Assembly: GCA_004764695.1 (NCBI GenBank)
Contig: SMSO01000025.1
Coordinates: 1,426,001 to 1,490,000 of the forward strand
Reading direction: 5' to 3'
Length of the DNA: 64,000 bases
Source of the DNA: Schizochytrium sp. TIO01
Taxonomy: Eukaryota; Protista; Bigyra: Labyrinthulomycetes
Shown in pieces: positions 55,701 through 64,000 of the stretch. Below the pieces are notes generated by a model. That model worked only from the letters and a program-made list of their open reading frames with translations. It did not search any database and was not told the DNA's origin. Position numbers and translations under genes: made by a program. The first letter of the stretch is position 1; every line of letters starts with the position of its first letter.

Positions 55701-58700
55701 TTGATGCTCCTCCTGTAATATGGACTTGGCCTCCACTAGTAGAGCTTGCAGAGCCTCCTTGGACAAAAATATGACCGCCGCTTGAAAGTCCAGCAGACGA
55801 ACCAGCGTGGAAGGTTAGGTTGCCACTTCGGCCGCCGGAGACATCACCTGTTGAAATAATAACATTCCCACTCTTGGAAGCAGCAGCACCAGATCCAAGG
55901 ACAACAACTCCAGATGATTTAGTAGCATATCCGGTACTCAATTGAAGATCTCCTGTATCAGAGGCTGACGCTGTGGAGATTCGTGCGCCACCACTTGTTG
56001 TAGCCCCGACACCAGATGATATGAAAACTCCACCGCCAGCCCCCGAAGAACTTTTACCAGCAGTCATGTTCACGTTTCCACCAGCATTCAGTGAATTGCC
56101 TACCTTGATAGAAATCGAGCCCGCTGAGGCAGACGTTGCATTTCCGGAGGTTAGAGAGAGAGCACCACTAGAGCCACTTGTAGACAATCCCGATGATATA
56201 GATACACCACCAGTTGCTAATGTACCGTTTCCACTACCAAAGCTAGCAGCTCCAGAGCTCTGGAATCCACTACCCGAAAAGGCAATTATGCTACCACCAT
56301 TTCCCTTTGTGGAGGTTCCTCCTACAAGCATTACTTTGCCACCATCAGCGTCAGAACTTGCGTAACCACCACTTAAAGATAAATCACCACCCGCGCCTGC
56401 TGCATCGCTAGCATTACCTGCTGTGACCGAGACTCGAGCTCCATCATTTGAAGTGGAGGTTCCAGCACGAATGGAAATCGCCCCTGCACGACCGCTAAGT
56501 GCGTAGCCAGTTGTGAGTTCGAGATTTCCTGATGATCCAGCGCCAACAACGCCACTACCAAGTGATACTGCTCCAGATCCAGTTAGTGAAGCACTTGCAG
56601 TAGTCAGGTTCAGATTACCGGAGCGACCTGTGGTAGCAGATCCACTGACAATAGTGATATCTCCACCGGTCCTCGACCCATGACCTGATTCGAGTTTTAG
56701 ATACCCACCAGTACCGGCAGTCGCAGTACCTGCTTTAAGATGAATATAGCCTCCGACCGAACCACTTGCCGAGGTTTGTCCTGCATATACAGTCACATTA
56801 CCGCTAGCAGATGATTTAGAAGTGCCAACACTTAATGAGATAGATCCACTTGTCAGTCCACTGCCGGAGCTAATTGAGACTTCTCCGCTAGAGCCTGCTG
56901 AAGCATTTCCAGACTGGATAACAACAGAGCCAGAGTTGCCAGCTGAGGCTAGGGCAGTTTCGAGGCTGAGTTTACCCGATCCCGATCCACCTTTACCGCT
57001 GGCAAGAGTTATTTGTCCACCTAGTCCACTAGTGCTCAACCCACCAGTGACTAGCACCGCGCCACCAGTACCTCCCTCTGAAGCACCAGCGGACATATTA
57101 AGGTATCCTCCAACTGCCTGAGATTTACTAACGTTACCTGCACTAACAAGGACACTCGCGCCTTCTAACGCGGCCGCAGAAAGACCAGCACTAATACGGA
57201 TATCACCTGCCTGCGTTTCTGCAGCGCCTGTCGAAAAAATCAAATCACCTGAATTCTCACCTGCAGTGCCGGTCAAAATGAAAACACCACCTGATGAATA
57301 ATCTGACGAAGCTGCAGAGGCTATATTTACAGACCCAGAAATGCCACTTTCAGCAGTACCAGATCGCAATGTAATAGAAGCTCCGTCCGCAGATCCACTA
57401 GAATAACCAGCTTGAATAGTGACTGCACCTGCTTGACCAGTCCCAGAGCTATTGCCACCGGAAATTTGAACTCCTCCTGCGAGCCCAGCTACACTGCGGC
57501 CACCTGAAAGATACAATGACCCACCGTTGTAGTATCCATAGCCTCCAGTCATATTTGTTTTGCCTCCAACACCACCGCTGCTTTGCCCAGCACTGATAGA
57601 TGCATCACCACCATAACTATATGCGTTACCCGCTTGAAGAACTAGTCGGCCTCCAACAGCTGTCGCAGCAGATGTGTTTCCTGCCAATAGCTGAAGCGAT
57701 CCACCAGTAAGGCCGCGGGATGTACGACCGACTACCAAAGAGATGTCACCAGCAGCTCCTGTTGCGTTGCCTGTTACAATCTCAAAACCTCCAGAAGAAG
57801 CACTTTCGGATGCAACGCTACTAGTCGAGACAACAATAGACCCAGAAGACTCGGTTCCTTTTCCAGTCCCGATAGTCACTGAACCACCTTTCGTGGTGCC
57901 AGAACCAGTGTTAAGTTGAATGTCCCCTCCGGCACCAGAGAGACTACTGCCACTTGTCACAAGAACTTCACCACCAAGTCCCACAGAAGTCATTCCTGCT
58001 TCAATAAGCACACGACCACCCTGAGTTTTCCCAGAGCCACTCTTCAAGTTAATTCCACCACCGATGCTTGTCAACGAAGAACCGGCAATTACAGTGAAGT
58101 TGCCCGAATCACCCTGTGATGCAACTCCTGTGACAAAGTCAATAGATCCAGACTCGATCGTCCCATTACCTGTCGTAAGTGAGATTGAGCCACTAGAACC
58201 ACCAACTGCTTTCGGCGTAGCCAGGCTGATGCCCCCAGAAGATAAACCAGAGCCAGATTGAAGCACGACATCACCACCAATGCCAACAGGAGAATCTCCT
58301 GCAGAGGCAATGAACGATCCACCGCTAGTGCCAGAATATGATGAACCCACAGCAAGGATTACATTTCCAGCACTGCCAGCTTCCAAAGCATCACCAGATG
58401 CAATGTTGACCGTGCCACTTGATGTTGCCCCAGACCCTGTAGAGATATTAATGGAACCAGAGCCAGCTGTACTGCCGTCTGCACTCTGAATGGATATTGT
58501 ACCGCTGGAGTTTGATCCTGAATGAACTCCACTCTGAATCGTTACACCGCCAGCCGGAGCGTTTTTGTTAGAACTATGCCCACCAATTAGCCGCAAAGTT
58601 CCAGGGAGTCCTTCAGAGGCGGTAGTTGATCCAACTTGAACGACAACATCTCCACTCTTACCATTTGTAACGTTTCCAGTTCGAAGGGTTAAGGGGCCTG

Positions 58701-61700
58701 ATAATGAAGTACCTTTGCCGGTTTGAACAGTAACATTTCCTGAACCAGCTCCGGGAGAGGACTCCAGAAGGATGTTGCCGGTCGAACCCTCATCACTTGA
58801 ACCAGACACTAAGTGAATAAGGCCACCCTTACCTGTTTTACTAGACCCGCCCTTCAGCAATACCGTTCCACCTGAATATGAGCCGGTGACACTGCCACCG
58901 ATAAGAGAGACATCGGCACCCACAGCCTTAGTAGTGGAACCAGCTTGAATTAGGATTTCTCCTGCGGACGTTGTTTTTGCACTTCCGGTTAAAAGATTTA
59001 GACTTCCAGACGCTCCACCGTTACTGTCACCTGTACTCAAAGTGATTTCACCTGTACCTGGCGAATAGCCATCGCTTGTCTGAATTGAAACCTTCCCAGT
59101 TTTGGCAAGGGAGCTAGCGCCACCCGAAATAAGGACCTGGGCTCCAGGCTGAGATTCTGCATTACCACCACGAATCTCAACACTGCCAGGAAGAGCCGAG
59201 TTGGACGCATTACCAGCTCTGATTGAAACAACTCCAGCAGCGCTTTGAGTTGCAGACCCAGCCTCAAGGTTAAGATGACCACCTTGCAACGTTGACGAGC
59301 CTCCAGAAATTGCAACAGAGCCACCAAGGTGGGGACCAGCTCCGCCTGTGATGTTAATAATTCCGGCTGAACCAAGTTCAGATGATGCAGTAAGAAGATT
59401 TAAATCACCAGAGGTTGTTAAGCTTCCTTGAGCTAAACCCGTTTTAATAGTTACACTTGCTCCAGTATCGGCACTTGGGGAAATGCCAGCTTCAATTAGG
59501 ATCTCTCCTGCTTGTGCTGTAGCATTGCCTGTGTAGAGATGAAGCGAACCCGTTTTGATTGCATCGCCAGATCCAACTTCAAGATTTCCAGATCTTGAAG
59601 AGCCCTCACCAGATCGCATAACGATGGATCCACTTGTGGCCCCTTCTCCGCTAAGAACAGTTATCGCTCCACCAACTTTCGATCCTGAACCTCCAGAGAG
59701 CTCCAAAGAACCACCGTTGCCAGAGAGTGCATTGCCTCCAGCAATACGCACAGTACCCGCATCACCAGACGTAACTTGACCCGTTCCCAATGTAAAGTCC
59801 CCAGAGGCTAACTTGCCATCTCCGGACAGAAAGGAAACTTGACCTGATTCGGAGCCAGCACCAGATATCAACGAAATACTTCCAGAGGTCAAGCCAGAAC
59901 TCGTGCCAGTTGCTATTGTAACAGATCCAGATACTGCTTCTCCTGTAGCAGGAGTTTTGACTGAAACAGAACCAGATGAAGTATCTGCATCGTCTGAACT
60001 ACCAGACTGCAAGATGATATCACCAGCAAGTTTAGTACCAGAACCCGCCTTCATATAAATTGATCCACCAGAGGATACACCGTCTCCAGCAGTAATGTTG
60101 ACGAAGCCTCCAGCGCCTCGCCCGGCCATTCCACCTGAGATGAGGACAGCTCCTGCGCTTGAACCAAGACTGCTTGCACCGCCCTGCATATTGAGAACAC
60201 CTCCATAGCCTCTAGCACTGTTACCTGAAGATAAAGTGATTTCGCCTCCATTACCTGATGCACCAGTGACGGCACCAGCTGTTAGGTATATTCCTGACCC
60301 ATCCCCTGCATTCGAAGATCCTGTCTGCAATACGAATGATCCGGCAGAACTACCTTCTTTTGATGCAGCGCCAGTGGACAAGTAAATCGATCCCGAAGAG
60401 GAACTAGAAGCGCTCGTTTCAAGCACAATTGAGCCAGATTGAGTCGAACCGGTTCCAGAGGAAAGAGTTATGTTGCCCGATTCACCAACTGAATTGCTGC
60501 CACTCGTCAGAGAGATGGACCCTCCTTGAACTGCTTTGTTCGATGCTGTACCCCCCACAATGGTAACGTCCCCGCCGCGGTATTTTTGAGCGCCGTTGCC
60601 AGCTTGAAGCAGTATATCGCCACCAGCACCATACTTTGCACTTCCACTGACTAGAGAAAGAAGTCCACCGCTGACACCATTTCCTGTAGCTGAGCCCGAG
60701 ACCAGAGACACAGACCCGCCACTAGTTTCTCCTTTCCCAGCTTCAAGAGTAATGGAGCCACCATTTTTAGACAGGCCCGTACCAGCCCGGATGCTTAATG
60801 AGCCTCCATCTGCGGAGGATGAGTTTCCAGCATGCAGCAGTATGGTACCACCTCGTCCAGCCTCACTCGAGCCTCCAACTAGACCAATATCGCCACCTTG
60901 CTCAGACCCGGCACCTCCTAAAAGATTGATTGATCCAGAAATACCGTCAGATGCAGAACCTGTAGAGAAAGTCAAATTGCCCGAATCTATACCCTTGGAC
61001 TCGGTTGCGGCAGTTATGATATCAATATTTCCACTGGAAGGCCCAGAACTTGTAGACCCACTTAGAAGGGAAATGGACCCTCCAATATTCTTCTCAGAAA
61101 ACCCTCCTTTCAGTTGGATTTGACCTGCTGTGCCGGAGCTGGATCCGACTTGCAAAGCAATACTCCCTGAAGTACCCGAAGAGGCACCCGAAGAAAGTGT
61201 TATAGAACCAGTTTGGGTTGGCGACTCACCAGAAGCCAAAATAACCTCACCTGATGCAGATGTGCCTACGGCAGACATGATTCCGACTGATCCAGAGCTA
61301 CCAGTACTGCTGTTACCACTGAGGAGCATTAGGGAACCTCCTTGCTCCTTATTTGCATTTCCAGCAGATACGGTGATATCTCCACCCATGCCGACGTCAT
61401 TGTAGGCGTGACCAGCCTGTATATCTATCGAGCCACCTGATAAAGATCCATAGTCTGTTCCTGCACTAATGTAAGTGCTACCCGCGCGTACAAAGTCCTC
61501 ATTTGAAGATGTGCTATCGCCAGACGCGATTCTGACATCACCCGCAACTGATTGACCTGATGACAATGACTTTACATATATATTTCCACCACGCGCTTCT
61601 TCAGCTCCGCTAGAAACGATATTTACATCTCCAGCTAAAGTAGTGGAACTTCCGCTTTGGATAAATACACCTCCACCCGAAACATCTGAAGATCCTGCTG

Positions 61701-64000
61701 CAATACTAATATTGCCAGATTGCCCGGTACTAGCTGAACCAGTACGAATTACGATATTTCCGCTAGATGCTCCACTGGCTTCGCCAGACATAATGTTAAG
61801 GTTTCCTGATGAGTAGGATTCAGCTGTTCCAAGAGTAAGATTACCACTGAAACCTGTAGAGCCACCACCGCTACCAGAAAGTAATCTTATACTTCCACCA
61901 TGTGCACCACTAACAGAGCCAGATCCACCATACATGTCAAGCCACCCACCTGTAACACCTGCAGCATAGGAATTTCCGCCTTGTATTTGAACATGGCCAG
62001 CGTTAAACGCGGATTCTTGACTGACAGCACTGGATTCAAGTGTCTCGATATCTTCTAGCGATTGTATATCTCCTCCCTTAATACGAAGCTCTCCAGCAAG
62101 ACCATTTGTAGAAGACCCAGACTCTAATAAGAGATCCCCACCTTCTACACCTTCGCCGGCATTAATTGTGACAGATCCGCCCGTACTAAGGGCACTAGAG
62201 CCTGCCTCTATAGACATAGAGCCACCTATGCTCGAGACACCAGTTGCACCTCCAGCGAGAAGACTAAAGGAGCCGCCATCTGATCGTCTACTAGAACTAG
62301 ATCCAGCAGAGAGCCCAATGGATCCTCCGACACCCCCAGCTCCAGCAGCAATTTTCAGGTGACCTGCACTTCCACCTGATGGCGAGTCTCCAGCGAGAAT
62401 CTGAATAGAACCGCTCTGAGACGTTGATTCACCTGCTTCCACGGTGATATTTCCAGAATCGCCACCGGTTGATTGACCTGTACGGAAAACCATACTCCCT
62501 GAAGAACCACGAGCCGTACCAGTGGTTAGAGTCACTTTACCAGATAAAGATCCTGATGCATCACCAGTAGCAATTTGCAAATCTCCTGTGCTTGCTGATG
62601 CAGATGTGCTAAGGAGAGCCGCACCAGATTGACCTTCATCAGCAGTGCTTTTACCTGAAGAAAGTACTAAATTACCGCCAACCCCGGTGTCAGCAGTAGA
62701 AATACCACCTAAAAGAGAAACAGATCCGCTATTCCGACCAGACTGACCAGCCTTAATCTCTACATCTCCAGCCTGACCCACGGAGTCTCCAGAGTACAAT
62801 GAAAGCTTTCCAGAAGCTCCAGAAGAAGACACCGAGCCAGAATGAACAATAACGTCACCACTGGCCAATCCAGCTGATGCTGCACTGGCCATTCTCAATT
62901 GACCGGACGTATCAGACGAACTGCCTCCCGTTTCAATAACCACAGATCCTCCTAATGAACTGGCACTAGTTGTGTTTCCAGCTTTAATTGTGAGGGATCC
63001 TCCATCACCAGTGTTCGTACCTCCAGCAATTATATTGATGGAGCCCGCCTTGCCCCCTGAAGCCACGCCTGTAGCAAGGCTCAAATCTCCGGCTTTGCCT
63101 TCAATTGCTTTTCCAGTCGCAATTTCAATCGCACCTGAGCCTCCAACATTTTCAGTCGCAGCATTATAATAGTCCCCTGCATCAGCAGTGGAAATTCGCA
63201 ATGAGCCACTTACATCTGAGGAATCGACACCAATGGTAAAGCGCTTATGGATCACTTGGAGTGCGCCGACTAAATCAAGTGTGACAGCTTGCTTGTTTAC
63301 CTCGTGAAAATCTGCAATTGAGAAGTTCTTTTCCGGAAACGTAAGATTTTCAATAATGTTGACATACTCTGGGAATACGGTCTCAAGTTCCTGGGCGATT
63401 ACACCACGAACAACAGCGGCTTCTCCAAGTCCTCGAATAGCTCGCCATTGAGCTGTGTACTCATATTGTCGAAGTTCAATATTTTGCAAGCGGTGATATA
63501 CAGTTGCCATATCAGCATCAACAATGTTTTGTTTGATTCGTTGATCTGACGGATACATGATTGCAGTCGTCTGAATCGGGACATGCGAGTAGATTTCATC
63601 TTGGCGAACCCGAAATGTGATGTTGCCGTGAACCATGTTTTCAGTATTACCAATAGTAAATTCAGACTCCAGATTGGTGAATTCCATCCGAACGTCATTA
63701 CCAGGTTCGAAGACAATATCTTCACCTTCACTTGAGTTCAGACGAATACTACCATTACTAGATACTTCAATGCGAGGCTCAAATGACGCGTCCTGGATAG
63801 TAACCATGCTATTTTCATTATCCCCTGGACTGAGCACAATAGAACCACCAGATTTTCCGGTTCCAGCACGGAGTTCGATATCACCTGTATGACCACCAGC
63901 TGATGAACCTGTGCTGAGTATAATTGAGCCACTTGCTTTCACCGCAGATCCAGTTCTGAGCTCTAAGTCACCCGAACTCGAGCCGGAACTCCTGCCGGAA
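1..64000 (-). CDS. Giant Gly/Ser/Thr/Ala-rich beta-repeat protein with an internal Peptidase S74/ICA domain; partial at both ends, about 21,300 codons in the window, interrupted only by probable sequencing frameshifts
   Basis: The minus-strand ORFs 38401-63942, 30023-38404 and 13221-29939 abut or nearly abut, and the same repeat text continues across each break. The frame stays open upstream of the GTG at 63942 to the window edge (SGRSSGSSSGDLELRTGSAVKASG). It is also open from ~10760 down to base 1 (ending ...GTLVLKGGSSTGGTGGDVTI). Confidence 0.85.
10760..13325. other. Indel-dense low-quality stretch (probable unpolished long-read sequence) within the giant CDS
   Basis: Many 1-nt indels relative to the intact paralogous copy at ~800-3345, clustered at about 10760-11050, 11555-12250 and 12950-13325. 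The net excess is about +20 nt. Confidence 0.8.
13325..30054 (-). CDS. Open segment 3 of the giant gene (~5,570 aa): end of the 217-aa array, spacer and start of the mosaic array
   Basis: 5572-aa ORF. Its tail (GYHWWVLRF...) is out-of-frame text caused by indels near 13310-13325. Confidence 0.85.
21460..22150 (-). other. Single-copy in-frame spacer (~230 aa) between the two arrays
   Basis: Unique DNA with the same strand grammar (GQILLVAG, GAIFVSTA, GVLYLESGYG, GHIYIQTANGG, GEVKISTG, GDISLLVG). Confidence 0.85.
22150..50640 (-). repeat. Coding tandem array: 44 units of 651 bp (217 aa), with 657- and 660-bp length variants and two subtypes
   Basis: The GDITLSVGTG marker recurs at 22159, 22810, 23461, 24112 and onward to 50225. 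By manual count, 25 units carry AGLNRA and 19 carry AGDSSA. Confidence 0.95.
30055..38402 (-). CDS. Open segment 2 of the giant gene (~2,780 aa of 217-aa repeats)
   Basis: 2793-aa ORF. It starts and ends mid-repeat at frameshifts (-1 near 38405, +2 near 30055). Confidence 0.85.
38403..64000 (-). CDS. Open segment 1 of the giant gene (>8,500 aa): S74 domain, diverged repeat region and first part of the 217-aa array
   Basis: 8513-aa ORF in the track, extendable in frame to 64000. The 'start' is an internal GTG (Val). The stop at 38401 arises from a 1-nt deletion inside a repeat unit. Confidence 0.9.
50550..53560 (-). repeat. Eleven diverged ~273-bp (91-aa, six-strand) tandem repeats
   Basis: The strand-5 'VG' codons recur at about 53351, 52806, 52533, 52259, 51986, 51701, 51428, 51158, 50885 and 50612, with spacing mostly 273 bp. 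Confidence 0.8.
53560..63230 (-). repeat. Irregular, highly diverged 13-18-aa Gly-flanked beta-strand repeats (not repetitive at DNA level)
   Basis: Continuous units such as GSINIIAG, GDVEIKAG, GSISLLSG and GNITLSSG separated by G/S/T/A loops. No long DNA identity between units is visible. Confidence 0.8.
63238..63552 (-). other. Peptidase S74 / intramolecular chaperone autoprocessing (ICA/CIMCD) domain, MYRF-like
   Basis: Sequence is YP-SDQRIKQNI...LRQYEY...RGVIAQELETVFPEYV...F...DFHEVNKQAVTLDLVGALQ. It carries the family motifs SDxRxKxNI and GxIAQE...PExV, plus FxxVNKxxxxxxxVGA, which I recognise from MYRF-type domains. The putative Ser nucleophile codon is 63547-63549 and the Lys codon is 63532-63534. 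Confidence 0.9.

Noticed and set aside
1-63230. Assignment to PE-PGRS, RTX, FG-nucleoporin, collagen, mucin, autotransporter or InaZ families
   Set aside because: The diagnostic motifs (GGxGGxGG runs with a PE domain, GGxGxDxL nonamers, FG repeats, Gly-X-Y triplets, Pro-rich PTS, a beta-barrel, strict AGYGSTxT octamers) are not seen. No gene symbol is assigned.
158-63892. More than 100 plus-strand Pro/Val/Ala-rich ORFs (e.g. MLASPDESTIDPDVPLALP, MKVIEPPVKSLVEPAV)
   Set aside because: These are antisense shadows of Gly/Thr/Ser/Ala codons. They recur with the repeat period, shift frame together with the minus-strand gene and are broken by regular stops.
276-63932. Short Leu/Val-rich minus-strand ORFs in alternative frames (e.g. 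MLDRRSPVVILLLRRQ, MAPFLFLLLPVLL) that look like membrane or signal peptides
   Set aside because: They are off-frame readings nested in the giant CDS. Their hydrophobicity follows from the T-ending codon bias of the real frame.
13221-63942. Three separate tandem giant genes (8513, 2793 and 5572 aa), as in the ORF track
   Set aside because: Starts and stops fall mid-repeat with no intergenic space, and the breaks are explained by 1-2-nt indels at variant sites.

Overview
The whole 64-kb window is the interior of one colossal minus-strand coding sequence of about 21,300 codons. It is open at both window edges and shows no intergenic DNA, RNA genes or visible introns. The protein is Gly/Ser/Thr/Ala-rich, almost Cys-free, and built from roughly 1,400 ~15-aa units (G-x-hydrophobic-x-hydrophobic-x-[T/S/A/V]-G plus a Gly/Ser/Thr loop), consistent with a beta-solenoid or beta-helix fibre. 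Reading N to C (high to low coordinate), it contains six zones. (1) An internal Peptidase S74 / intramolecular-chaperone autoprocessing (ICA) domain with an intact P-S-D-x-R-x-K Ser/Lys dyad, resembling the eukaryotic MYRF type (63238-63552). (2) About 10 kb of irregular diverged units. (3) Eleven diverged 91-aa six-strand repeats (50550-53560). (4) A homogenised array of 44 x ~651 bp (217 aa) in two subtypes (22150-50640). (5) A single-copy spacer. (6) A modular mosaic array with a 9,960-bp (3,320-aa) higher-order period (1-21460). The frame breaks (38403, 30055, a compensated one at ~45830, and a dense cluster at 10760-13325) look like long-read consensus errors rather than real gene ends. 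The many Pro/Val/Ala-rich plus-strand ORFs are antisense shadows. The best hypothesis, which is inference, is a self-cleaving, probably trimeric giant fibre protein from a microbial eukaryote.
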